This document shows positions 7,011-16,781 of a stretch of DNA of 30,195 nt, one piece after another (position 1 is the stretch's first letter; each line of letters begins with the position of its first letter). Location: contig JBMFRX010000015.1 in the NCBI GenBank assembly GCA_049967855.1, forward strand, positions 1 to 30,195, read 5' to 3'. A program made the translations under genes and the position numbers. The notes beneath the pieces were generated by a model, which was given only the letters and a program-made list of their open reading frames with translations, had not been told where the DNA came from and made no database searches. This DNA comes from Caldisericaceae bacterium (GTDB lineage: Bacteria; Caldisericota; Caldisericia; Caldisericales; Caldisericaceae).

Positions 7011-8834
7011 TTATTCCACAGTAACTGATTTTGCAAGGTTGCGAGGCTTGTCGATATCAAGCCCACGAGCCTCTGCCACATAATAGGCAATTAACTGAAG
7101 AGGTATGACATTCACTATTGGAGAAAGGTCTAAGTGGACTTGTGGCACATAGAATACTCTGTCAGAAACTTCATCTATATTCTGATGTCCTTCCACTGCA
7201 ACAGTAAAAACTTTTCCTCCACGGGCTTTCACCTCTTTTATGTTGCTGAGAGTCTTTTCCCGAAGGGGAGAGTAAGTATCGATAGCTATAATCAATGAGT
7301 TGGGAGTAACAAGTGCAAGTGGACCGTGTTTTAACTCTCCAGCAGGATAAGCCTCTGCATGAACATAAGAAATTTCTTTAAGTTTTAGTGCTCCTTCAAG
7401 AGACAAGGCAAAGTCATAATTTCTGCCAATATAGAAAGTTTCCTCAATATTCTTGATTGTTGAAACAAAATCTGCTATATCAGGACTGCGCTCAATTATG
7501 CTTTGTGCAATTCCGACGAGCCCTTGGAAACCTTTCACAATTTCATTTTCGGCAGTATTACTGAGAAGACCAAGAAGTTTTGCAATGTAAAATACTGTAA
7601 GGCTGATAACTTCAACCTGTGCAACGTAAGCCTTAGTTGAGGCTACCGCAATCTCAGGTCCTGCGTGAATGTAAATAACATTATCCACCTCACGAGCCAC
7701 TGAGCTTCCTACAACATTTACAATTCCTATTGTTTTTGCCTTGTGTTCCCTGGCATATCTCAATGCCGCAAGAGTATCAGTAGTCTCTCCAGACTGGCTA
7801 ATTATAAACACAAGTGTGTGCTCGTCAATTACAGGGTTCCTATATCTAAACTCAGAGGCAACCTCTGCCTGCGATGGAATTCGTAGATATTTTTCGCTAA
7901 GGTATTTGCCATAAACACCTGCATGATAGGCGGTACCACAAGCAACAAAATAAACCTGTGTGATATTCTTCAAGTATTCGGAATCAAGCGAGAGTTCGGG
8001 AATTACTATTGCCCCTTCCTTAGTGCGGCCTCTCATTGCTTCACGAATAACGTCAGGCTCCTCAAAAATTTCTTTAAGCATAAAATGCTTAAAACCACTT
8101 TTCTGGGCATCTTCTATCTTCCAATCTATTCTATGGATAGTGCGCTTAACAGGGTTCAATTCCCTGTCATATATATCAATTCTATCCCTGCGAACGTCAA
8201 CAATATCTCCGTTCTCAAATATTATTATGTTTTTTGTATAGGGCAAAACTGCTGGGATATCTGACGCAATAAAGTTTTCGCCTATCCCCAGCCCTCCAAT
8301 CAACGGGCTATCTTTCCTCACTGCAATGAAATGGTCTTTCTCATCCTTGCTAAGAACAGCTATGGCATAAGAGCCTTCAAGCATATTAACTGCTTCTTTA
8401 ACAGCCTGAAGCAGATCTCCCTTGTAAAAATCCTCAATCAAGTATGCAATAACTTCGGTGTCGGTTTCAGTCCTGAAAGTTTTTCCCTCTTTGATGAGCA
8501 TCTTCTTTATTTCAAGGTAATTTTCGATGATACCGTTATGGATAACAACTATATTCTTGCTTTCACTAAAATGAGGGTGAGCATTAACATCATTCGGGGC
8601 ACCGTGTGTTGCCCATCGTGTATGAGCAATTCCGAGAGTACCTGCGATGGCTGCTCCTTTATTCAGTTTCTCTTCAAGGTCTGCAACCCTTCCAGCGCTC
8701 TTTACAACCTGTAAATTGTCTCCTAATATGGCAACACCAGCAGAATCGTATCCCCTGTATTCAAGGCTTTTTAGCCCCTTTATTAATAGCGGGAGTGCAT
8801 CCTTATCGCCAATATAACCAACTATTCCACACAT
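7011..8834 (-). CDS. glmS: Glutamine-fructose-6-phosphate transaminase (isomerizing)
   Basis: MCGIVG, LEYRGYDSAG, HTRWATHG, SQSGET, VASTKAY and C-terminal PRNLAKSVTVE. Confidence 0.99.
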   Translation of the reverse strand: MCGIVGYIGDKDALPLLIKGLKSLEYRGYDSAGVAILGDNLQVVKSAGRVADLEEKLNKGAAIAGTLGIAHTRWATHGAPNDVNAHPHFSESKNIVVIHNGIIENYLEIKKMLIKEGKTFRTETDTEVIAYLIEDFYKGDLLQAVKEAVNMLEGSYAIAVLSKDEKDHFIAVRKDSPLIGGLGIGENFIASDIPAVLPYTKNIIIFENGDIVDVRRDRIDIYDRELNPVKRTIHRIDWKIEDAQKSGFKHFMLKEIFEEPDVIREAMRGRTKEGAIVIPELSLDSEYLKNITQVYFVACGTAYHAGVYGKYLSEKYLRIPSQAEVASEFRYRNPVIDEHTLVFIISQSGETTDTLAALRYAREHKAKTIGIVNVVGSSVAREVDNVIYIHAGPEIAVASTKAYVAQVEVISLTVFYIAKLLGLLSNTAENEIVKGFQGLVGIAQSIIERSPDIADFVSTIKNIEETFYIGRNYDFALSLEGALKLKEISYVHAEAYPAGELKHGPLALVTPNSLIIAIDTYSPLREKTLSNIKEVKARGGKVFTVAVEGHQNIDEVSDRVFYVPQVHLDLSPIVNVIPLQLIAYYVAEARGLDIDKPRNLAKSVTVE

Positions 8835-8835
8835 T

Positions 8836-10152
8836 TTACGCCTCCAAGAATTGTTTTAACTCGTTTGCAATATCTTTAATTTTGGCCTCATTTTCTCCTT
8901 CGACCATAATCCTTACAAGCGGCTCTGTTCCAGACGGCCTGACAAGTATTCTACCATTTCCCTTCAACGCATTTTCTCTAACCTTGAGAAACTCGATGAA
9001 GTTATCTTGCTCTATTATTTTCTTATCTTTGACCTTCACATTGACAAGCACCTGCGGATAATGAACAATACCTTTTTTCAGTTCGGAAAGCGATTTTCCT
9101 TCTGATAACATAACGTTGAGAAGCACAAGCGAAGTTATAAGCCCATCGCCAGTTGCACTTTCGTCAAGAAATATTATGTGGCCAGACTGCTCTCCACCAA
9201 GAACGGCACCTAACTGCTGCATTTTTTTGAGAACATATCTATCTCCAACGTGTGTCCTAACGAACTTTATGCCTTCCCTTTCAAGAGCATCCTCTATTCC
9301 TTTATTTGTCATCACTGTGCCAACGATAGTGTCATTCTTGAGTCTGCTATGTTTTTTCAGCCAGCGTCCGATTATGACCATTGTTTCGTCTCCGTCCACA
9401 ATTTCACCATTTTCATCAGCAAAAATGACTCTATCACCATCACCATCATGACTTATGCCAATGTCGGCTTTGATTTGCCTGACAAGATTCGAAATAACCT
9501 GAGGATGAGTAGAGCCACAATCGACATTTATCTTTGACCCGTCAGGGTCATCCCCAGAAAGAACGACTGATGCTAAAAGGCGTTTTAATGTCTCAGGCGT
9601 TGTATAATAAGTGGCTCCATACGCAGTGTCAATTGCAATTTTCAAATTGTTGAGTTTGGATGGGAAACGTTTCGTAAGATGCGATATATACATCTCTACA
9701 AGGGCTGGTTCATAGCGAATTTTGCCGATAGATGTTCCCTCAGGAAGAGCGCCGTAAGGGATTGAAGCAATTTTCTCCTCAATAGTCTCTTCGACACTGT
9801 CATCGAGCTTCATACCACTGGCGTCAAAAATCTTAATGCCATTAAACTCGATAGGGTTGTGGGAAGCTGAGACTACTATACCACATGAGTAACTCATAAG
9901 CCTCGTTAAAAGAGAAACAGCAGGGGTGGGTACAATTCCTGCAATCTCAACATCAACACCCGCACTTGCAAGTCCCGAGGCTACTGCACTCCTGAGCATC
10001 GGTGACGAAATTCGGCTATCTTCTCCGATAAGGCAAGGTCCGTCACCTTTGAAAAGCAATCCTGCTGATATACCAATCTTGATGGCAAGTTCGGGTGTAA
10101 TTTCCCTGTTAGCAACTCCCCTTGCTCCATCAGTTCCGAATATTCTTCTCAT
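8836..10152 (-). CDS. glmM: Phosphoglucosamine mutase
   Basis: FGTDG.RG, SASHNP, DGDGDR, GGEQSGH and RPSGTEPL.R.MVE; adjacent to glmS. Start set at MRRIFGTDG. Confidence 0.97.
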   Translation of the reverse strand: MRRIFGTDGARGVANREITPELAIKIGISAGLLFKGDGPCLIGEDSRISSPMLRSAVASGLASAGVDVEIAGIVPTPAVSLLTRLMSYSCGIVVSASHNPIEFNGIKIFDASGMKLDDSVEETIEEKIASIPYGALPEGTSIGKIRYEPALVEMYISHLTKRFPSKLNNLKIAIDTAYGATYYTTPETLKRLLASVVLSGDDPDGSKINVDCGSTHPQVISNLVRQIKADIGISHDGDGDRVIFADENGEIVDGDETMVIIGRWLKKHSRLKNDTIVGTVMTNKGIEDALEREGIKFVRTHVGDRYVLKKMQQLGAVLGGEQSGHIIFLDESATGDGLITSLVLLNVMLSEGKSLSELKKGIVHYPQVLVNVKVKDKKIIEQDNFIEFLKVRENALKGNGRILVRPSGTEPLVRIMVEGENEAKIKDIANELKQFLEA

Positions 10153-10318
10153 ATGATAGTATTTTATGCAGATAGCGAAAATAATCAAGCAGTCAAATTC
10201 GCAAAATTAGTGCAGCTTTGCAGGTCTTAGTTCTTCTTTCTAAAAGTTTGTGTAAAATTTGAATTTTATTATAATTGTTGCAATGCGCAAATTTTGTTAA
10301 AAAATGGGGGAGAGGGGA

Positions 10319-13300
10319 ATGAAGATTGTAAAAAAAGTTGTGTCTTCGCTGTTAGTTTTAGTAATGTTTCTTTTGAACTTTTCATTTGCAAGTCGCGTTG
10401 TTGCGCTTGATTCTTCAATTTTCAATGATGCAACAGCAAGCAGGTGGGCAATCTCAGAACTTACACAAGCTTACAACTATGGGCTTACTTATCCTGACAT
10501 TATGGGCAAATTTCAGCAACCAATCACAAGAGAAGAATTCTGCGTTATCGTTGTAAAAATGTACACTAAACTTACGAATAAAACAGTAACCGCGGGTACA
10601 TCGCCATTTTCCGACACAAGCAATCCTGAAATTGTAAAGGCATATCAACTTGGTATCGTCAATGGAACAGGCGGCGGGAAATTTTCGCCAACACTTTCCA
10701 TAACGAGGCAGGAAATTGCAACTATGATTTACCGTGCGCTTTCTAAGGCATTTACAACACTTCCTCAAATTAACAAGATTAATTTTCCCTTCAAAGATAA
10801 GGACAAAATCGCTTCCTGGGCACTTCAGAGTATGATGTTTGCATATCAGAATGGCATTATGAAAGGAGTAACTTCTGATACAATCGAACCCCTTTCAAAT
10901 ACAACGAGAGAACAAGGGATTATTCTTGTAAAAAGGACATATGAAAATTTCAGAACCTCGATTAATGCTACACTTCAAATCCTTCCAACACCTGCACCTA
11001 CAAGCGAAGCCGAAAAGTTCAGAAATCTTGATTTCAATGCGTTAATAAATGCACCTAAGTATGATACTAAATCGATACTTTATGTTGCAAATGACTCTAC
11101 AAAACCCTTGAGTATTCCGAAAGCATTGTCAGGCACAACCAAGGGCTCGCTTTACACACGGGCAGACGATGGAGCTCTGGTTGATATGTCGGGTAACAAG
11201 CAACGATATTTTTATGCAGATTATGGAACTTTGACTCCTTATGCAATTGTTGTTCAGGTTTCAAAGGCACCTTTTGTCGGTTTCAAGACAAATTGGAATA
11301 ATCCACCGGCTCTCGTTTACACAACAACGATATCGCCTGCGAAAAAAGAATTTGTTATTGATTTTTCTAAATTCGTAGGAGCACCTCCAATCCTTATAAT
11401 CAATACCACGCCTAAAACCGAAAGTGCACAGGTTTATTATGTAAGGGCTGTCCCTGTGGATAAGAATATGAACTGCATTGGAGACCCTGGTGAGGGATTG
11501 CGAGTACTTTATGGAAAGCCAGGTTTGGGCAATCAAAAACTTTCACAAATTACTGTTAATGGAAAACCAAGTTTAATAAAAATGTCTTTTGAATTGTGGA
11601 CTACCCAGCGTGACGGAGACATTACCTGCAATGGTGAATTCCCAAATAAATTACAACACCTAAGCGAAGTTGGATTTAATAGCGAGGACACGAGTGATAC
11701 CGCAAGATGGTTCCAATTCAAGAACTTTCCAGAAGACACTACAAAAATTGTTCTTGAGGTTGCTTCAAAACCTTTTGATGGAAGTGGAAGTATCGATAAT
11801 CCATCAGGGCTTGTTTATTTAAGCTCATACATACCACCAATTCCTGAGGTTGCCTGTACAGGAACTGAAAATTCTGTTCCCGTGAAGTTTCATAATTTTG
11901 CACCGGCATCTTCTACCCTTAAAGCAGGTGATTCTATTGCTTACTACGTAAGAGCAGTTGCATATTCAAAATCTGCATCGGCAGGATCTTTGGACTATGC
12001 TCTATCCGATGTGGTAAAGGTGAATTACTACAAGCAGCAGAGCATTACATTCTTTATGCCGAAAACTGTTAACGTTCCAACGTATATTCCATCCGTCAAG
12101 ATAATTCACTATGAGCCTGTTCAATGGCAAGACCCCAATTGGGCGCATTACTATGTGGTGTATCGAAATCCACATTGGAACGAGGTGAACTTTGAAGTAA
12201 CAAACGGGGTCGACACTCTTCATCCTTATATGTACTACTTTGAAAATGATTTCTCTATGACGCCTGAGCGCTATGAAAAAGAAATTCTCTCAAAGTGGCT
12301 TGCGGTAGGAGATGGGATACAGATTTGGGATAGGCCGAAAGACGAGTCCTTCTGGGGGCAATTGTGGGATGGGATTGTCTCATTCTTTAAATCTTTGATA
12401 AACGTTATAGCTCAACTTACAAACTGGGTATCACAGGCATATGCAAGTTTGAAATCAGGGCTAATTAATTTTGTTGTATCGAGTCTTCCTGGACTTCCTG
12501 ACAGTTGGCGTAACGCATTAAAAACAGCGCTTACCGCACTTGTTGATTATGGGCTTGCTTCTCTTGGAATACCTCCAGAACTACCGAATTTTGATGCGCT
12601 TGAGAAAGATGGGCTTGACTATCTTGCAAAAGAAGCGCTAACTGAAGCAGGTGTTCCTGCAACGGATATGACCGTTGATTTAGTTGAAAAAACGGCAAAA
12701 GGTATCGGTGATAATCTTGCTGCCTCGGCAAATTCTGCAACTCCAAACCCGCTTAACTGCCCATTCCTTAAAGCTAACCCAATGTATTTATACAGACCTG
12801 CATATATGGATATTCAAATCACTAACAATTACGACAAACCTTCGCAACCTGGTAAATTGAACATAGACGTTCAATGGGAGTGGCACGAGTGGAATTCTGA
12901 CGGTGGAAGCATTACCCTTTCAAGTCCTCTTTCTACTTTTGCAAACGGGTGTCCTGATGCAGCACTTCAAGAAGGAGTGGATTACCGTAACCACTTCCTT
13001 AATGGACTTAAAAATGGGTATCCGTACTTTCCTGTTTATTACCCAATTTTTGAGCCAGTAAGAAGTATTTCAATACCTGCGCTTAATCCTCATGAAAGCA
13101 CAACTGTTCGAGTCTATTTTAAAGAATATATCGGTAAACCTTATCCATTTGCACCAAATGGGCAAACTGTTAACTGGGACGATTTTGCAAATCTCTACGG
13201 GATGGCAGGAGCTGTTGGTCCATCGCAATTCAAAGTCTACACAAATGGTTTCACATTACCTACCCTTCCTAAAACTTATTGCGATGAGGCAACACACACG

Positions 13301-13378
13301 ATGTACACATATGCCTACGATACAACTTCAACATCTGATTCTTTTACAGGAGTGCCAAAAAAACCGTATTCACATTAG
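10319..13378 (+). CDS. Secreted S-layer-homology (SLH) domain protein of unknown function, about 1019 aa
   Basis: Signal peptide MKIVKKVVSSLLVLVMFLLNFSFA. Three SLH repeats (ITREEF, ITRQEIA, TTREQ, with FSD/FKD and GIVNG/GIMKG motifs). Purine-rich RBS before ATG 10319. Confidence 0.88.
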   Translation: MKIVKKVVSSLLVLVMFLLNFSFASRVVALDSSIFNDATASRWAISELTQAYNYGLTYPDIMGKFQQPITREEFCVIVVKMYTKLTNKTVTAGTSPFSDTSNPEIVKAYQLGIVNGTGGGKFSPTLSITRQEIATMIYRALSKAFTTLPQINKINFPFKDKDKIASWALQSMMFAYQNGIMKGVTSDTIEPLSNTTREQGIILVKRTYENFRTSINATLQILPTPAPTSEAEKFRNLDFNALINAPKYDTKSILYVANDSTKPLSIPKALSGTTKGSLYTRADDGALVDMSGNKQRYFYADYGTLTPYAIVVQVSKAPFVGFKTNWNNPPALVYTTTISPAKKEFVIDFSKFVGAPPILIINTTPKTESAQVYYVRAVPVDKNMNCIGDPGEGLRVLYGKPGLGNQKLSQITVNGKPSLIKMSFELWTTQRDGDITCNGEFPNKLQHLSEVGFNSEDTSDTARWFQFKNFPEDTTKIVLEVASKPFDGSGSIDNPSGLVYLSSYIPPIPEVACTGTENSVPVKFHNFAPASSTLKAGDSIAYYVRAVAYSKSASAGSLDYALSDVVKVNYYKQQSITFFMPKTVNVPTYIPSVKIIHYEPVQWQDPNWAHYYVVYRNPHWNEVNFEVTNGVDTLHPYMYYFENDFSMTPERYEKEILSKWLAVGDGIQIWDRPKDESFWGQLWDGIVSFFKSLINVIAQLTNWVSQAYASLKSGLINFVVSSLPGLPDSWRNALKTALTALVDYGLASLGIPPELPNFDALEKDGLDYLAKEALTEAGVPATDMTVDLVEKTAKGIGDNLAASANSATPNPLNCPFLKANPMYLYRPAYMDIQITNNYDKPSQPGKLNIDVQWEWHEWNSDGGSITLSSPLSTFANGCPDAALQEGVDYRNHFLNGLKNGYPYFPVYYPIFEPVRSISIPALNPHESTTVRVYFKEYIGKPYPFAPNGQTVNWDDFANLYGMAGAVGPSQFKVYTNGFTLPTLPKTYCDEATHTMYTYAYDTTSTSDSFTGVPKKPYSH

Positions 13379-13404
13379 AAAAATCTGAAAATTCGAATAT
13401 TTTC

Positions 13405-13438
13405 AGGGGGCATCAGTTTGTTATGCCCCCTTCTTTTT
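13405..13438 (+). terminator. Rho-independent terminator
   Basis: AGGGGGCAT, 9-nt loop, ATGCCCCCT, followed by TCTTTTT, just after the SLH gene stop. Confidence 0.85.
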
Positions 13439-13479
13439 ATGTTCTTACCAAAACATTGAGTTTGCTGTATAATTTTAAT

Positions 13480-14151
13480 ATGGAAAAAATAGATGAGATT
13501 ATAGAAATAGTAAAAGCAGAGCTTGCAAGTTCTTCGCACGACATTGAACATACATTCAGGGTCAGAAAAACTGCCCTGAAAATTGCTGAGCATACTGAAA
13601 ACGTAAATACGACAGTTGTGGAACTTGCATGCATCCTTCACGACATTGCACGTGTAAGAGAAGATACTGATAAGACTCACTCAATTGACCATGCAATTCT
13701 TGGGGCGGAAATGGCTAAATCAATTTTGAAGCAGTTTGACTATCCAGATGCAGTAATCGAGGCCGTTTCACACTGCATATCATCACACAGGTACAGAGGC
13801 GATAATCAACCAAAAACAATGGAAGCTAAAATTCTTTCTGATGCCGATAAGCTTGATGCAATTGGGGCTATTGGTGTTGGAAGAGCTTTTATGATTGCAG
13901 GTGAATACGGAGAACCATTATACAAACCTTTTGAAAAAGACGATGAAACGCACAAAGACCATAATAGCCCTAAGAACGGAAGAATAAAAAATTTCCACGA
14001 CCACTCTCCAAACATCGAATATGAAGTAAAACTTAAAAAGATTCCCGAAAGACTCTTCACAGACTTCGCCAAAAAGATGGCTGAAGAGAGAATAAAGTTT
14101 ATGGATAATTTCTTTGCCAAACTCCAAAGAGAGGTTGAAGGTGAGGAATAA
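13480..14151 (+). CDS. HD-domain phosphohydrolase (YpgQ/YedJ-like)
   Basis: SHDIEH..RV, LHDI, DHA, SHRY and DADKLDAIGAIG..R.F. The track start at 13423 lies inside the terminator, so ATG 13480 is preferred. Confidence 0.9.
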   Translation: MEKIDEIIEIVKAELASSSHDIEHTFRVRKTALKIAEHTENVNTTVVELACILHDIARVREDTDKTHSIDHAILGAEMAKSILKQFDYPDAVIEAVSHCISSHRYRGDNQPKTMEAKILSDADKLDAIGAIGVGRAFMIAGEYGEPLYKPFEKDDETHKDHNSPKNGRIKNFHDHSPNIEYEVKLKKIPERLFTDFAKKMAEERIKFMDNFFAKLQREVEGEE

Positions 14152-15868
14152 GGAGATTGCAGAGAAGTTCTATGAGCTTGCAGAGCTTGCAGAACTTGCC
14201 AACGAAAACTCCTTTAAAGTCAAGGCCTACCTCGAGGCAGCGAGAGTTATCGAGAACCTAACAATTCCAATAGAGGAACTTGCAAAGGAGAAAAAGCTAA
14301 CTGACATAAAAGGAGTTGGCAAGGGAATCGCAGAAAAAATAGAGCAGTACCTCGATAAGGGAACAATTGACAGGCTTGAGGAGCTTAAGAAAGAAATACC
14401 CGAATCTCTTCTTGAGCTTTCAAGAGTGCCAGGCTTAGGCGCAAAGAGGATAAAGATTCTCTATGAGAAGCTCGGCGTAAAAAATATTGATGATTTAAGG
14501 CAAGCAGCTACTGAAGGAAAAATAAGAAGTCTTGAGGGTTTTGGCGAAAAAACTGAGCAAAAGATACTTTCAGGAATTTCGGCACTCCACGATAAGAAAA
14601 CTGACAGATTTTCCATAGGCATTGCTCTTCCAATAGCAGAGTCAATTGTGAAGTCGCTAAAGGAAAATACCCCTGTTGAAAAAATCCTTGTGGCTGGGAG
14701 TCTAAGGAGAATGAAAGATACAATAGGAGACATAGACATTCTTGTGACATCAGATTCGCCAACTAAGGTGATGGATTATTTCGCTTCAATGGAAGCTACT
14801 AAGGAAGTTGTTGTAAAAGGAGAAACAAAAACATCGATTATTACTAAAGAGAATTTGCAAGTTGACCTTAGAGTTGTTGAATCGGATTCTTTCGGCGCAG
14901 CTTCGCAGTATTTCACTGGCTCCAAAGAGCATAACGTCAAAATCAGGGAAATTGCAATTAAGCAGAATTTCAAACTAAACGAGTATGGCCTTTTTGATTT
15001 AGAGAGCAACAAGACTATTGCAGGTTCTAGTGAAACAGAAATATACGAAAAATTAGGCCTTGAGTGGATACCTCCAGAAATGAGGGAAGATAGAGGAGAA
15101 ATTGAACAGGCTCAATCAAGGTCTTTGCCGAAATTAGTTGAACTGGAAGACGTTAAGGGTGATTTGCATCTCCACTCAACTTATTCAGACGGGGCTAACA
15201 CAATCAAAGAAATGGCATTAAAGGCAAAGAAAATGGGTTATGAATATATTGTGGTATCAGATCATGCACAGGCGCTTGGAATCGCAAACGGTCTCACAAT
15301 GGAACGCTTCCTGAAACAGCGGGAGGAAATTGATAGACTCAATGTCGAACTAGAACCTTTCAGGATATTCCAGGGGGTTGAGTTGAACATTCTTTCCAAC
15401 GGAGAGTTAGACTTTCCCGACGAAGACTTAAAAATGTTTGACATATGCCTTGCTGGCATACACACAGGTATGAACCAGTCTGCCGATGCTATCACCAAAA
15501 GAATGTTGAAAGCGATAGAAAATCCTTACGTAAGAATCATTGTTCATCCAACTGGACGGGTTATCGGGAGTCGCAACGAATATGAGATAAATCTTGACAG
15601 TGTATTTGAGAAAGCAAAAGAATTCAATACCATTTTTGAAATAAATTCTTCATTTGAAAGACTCGATTTGAATGACATAAATTCGCGGAATGCTAAACAA
15701 AATTATGGCCTTCGCCTCTCGATTGGTACAGACTCTCATTCCATTGATTCCTTACCAAATATTCGCTATGGCATTGGAGTTGCACGCAGAGCATGGCTTA
15801 CAAAGAGCGACGTAATAAATACTATGAGCCTTGACGAGTTTGCAAAATTTATAAAGAATGGAAAATAG
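14141..15868 (+). CDS. polX: DNA polymerase X / PHP-domain 3'-5' exonuclease
   Basis: HhH motifs (IKGVGKG, VPGLGAK, LEGFGEK), GSLRR..T.GDIDIL, VDLR, YFTGSKEHN, LNEYGLF; PHP motifs DLHLHS, SDH, HP and TDSH. GTG 14141 follows GAGG. Confidence 0.96.
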   Translation: MRNKEIAEKFYELAELAELANENSFKVKAYLEAARVIENLTIPIEELAKEKKLTDIKGVGKGIAEKIEQYLDKGTIDRLEELKKEIPESLLELSRVPGLGAKRIKILYEKLGVKNIDDLRQAATEGKIRSLEGFGEKTEQKILSGISALHDKKTDRFSIGIALPIAESIVKSLKENTPVEKILVAGSLRRMKDTIGDIDILVTSDSPTKVMDYFASMEATKEVVVKGETKTSIITKENLQVDLRVVESDSFGAASQYFTGSKEHNVKIREIAIKQNFKLNEYGLFDLESNKTIAGSSETEIYEKLGLEWIPPEMREDRGEIEQAQSRSLPKLVELEDVKGDLHLHSTYSDGANTIKEMALKAKKMGYEYIVVSDHAQALGIANGLTMERFLKQREEIDRLNVELEPFRIFQGVELNILSNGELDFPDEDLKMFDICLAGIHTGMNQSADAITKRMLKAIENPYVRIIVHPTGRVIGSRNEYEINLDSVFEKAKEFNTIFEINSSFERLDLNDINSRNAKQNYGLRLSIGTDSHSIDSLPNIRYGIGVARRAWLTKSDVINTMSLDEFAKFIKNGK

Positions 15869-16781
15869 CTTTTTAAAAGATGCCGCCAATAATGGGCAAC
15901 CTTCACTCATCGCAATTGGAGATAATGCCTTTGATATCATAATAAAAGCAAACATTGGCTTCGAAGGAGAGTCAAATGTGTTTCCCGAAAAAAGGCTGCT
16001 TGCTCCTGCTGGTTCTGGCATAAACTTTGCCTTTGCAGCATCAAAACTCGGAATCAACGCATTTTATTTTACTCCTATTTCGAAAGACCCTTTTGGACAA
16101 AAACTTCAGAAGTTTTTGCAGGAAAATAATATAGACTACTACCCATCATTTTCGGAAAAGGATACTCCACTTATTTTCACATTGCTCAACGAAAGCGGTG
16201 GCAGAAACACAATTGCAATGATACAAAATACATCATACATAGACATCTCTTGCAGAGAATTTACGCATACAAAAATGAGATTTGACTGGGCTTACATATC
16301 TGGCGGCATAATAACAGAAGAAGCACCTCAGAGAGAAGTAGTATGCATTGCAAAAAAACTTGTATCAGACGGGGCAAAGATCTTTTTTGATCCCCAGTTC
16401 AGAATAGGAAAGAGTTTAATCGGTTTTTTTGAAACATCTGTTTCTCTCATTAATTTGTCGTATTTTGTTTTTATGAATGACAGGGAAATGAAAGAGTTAC
16501 CTGAAGCATTACTCCGCGAAAGAATCGCCTCTGGCACTACGTTTGTAATAAAAAGAGGAGAAAATGGGGCTATGCTTCTATCAAAAGACTTAAACTGCGA
16601 GGTTCAAGGGCTTAAAGTTGCCACAATCGACACGACAGCCGCAGGAGACATTTTCAATGCAGCATTTATGAGATGTTTTGCTTTGGGCAAAACGCAGAAA
16701 AAATGCCTTGAATACGCAAATACTGTTGCGGCTCTTTCAACAGAGAAGCTTGGCATTTTTGTCCCTCAGGTGAAGCTGTAA
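15858..16781 (+). CDS. PfkB/ribokinase-family carbohydrate kinase
   Basis: AGSGINFA, FFDP, IKRGENGA and the DTTAAGDIF signature. Confidence 0.9.
   Translation: MENSFLKDAANNGQPSLIAIGDNAFDIIIKANIGFEGESNVFPEKRLLAPAGSGINFAFAASKLGINAFYFTPISKDPFGQKLQKFLQENNIDYYPSFSEKDTPLIFTLLNESGGRNTIAMIQNTSYIDISCREFTHTKMRFDWAYISGGIITEEAPQREVVCIAKKLVSDGAKIFFDPQFRIGKSLIGFFETSVSLINLSYFVFMNDREMKELPEALLRERIASGTTFVIKRGENGAMLLSKDLNCEVQGLKVATIDTTAAGDIFNAAFMRCFALGKTQKKCLEYANTVAALSTEKLGIFVPQVKL

Noticed and set aside
8830..8840. glmS ribozyme upstream of glmS
   Set aside because: glmM ends 1 bp before the glmS start, so there is no room for a leader RNA.
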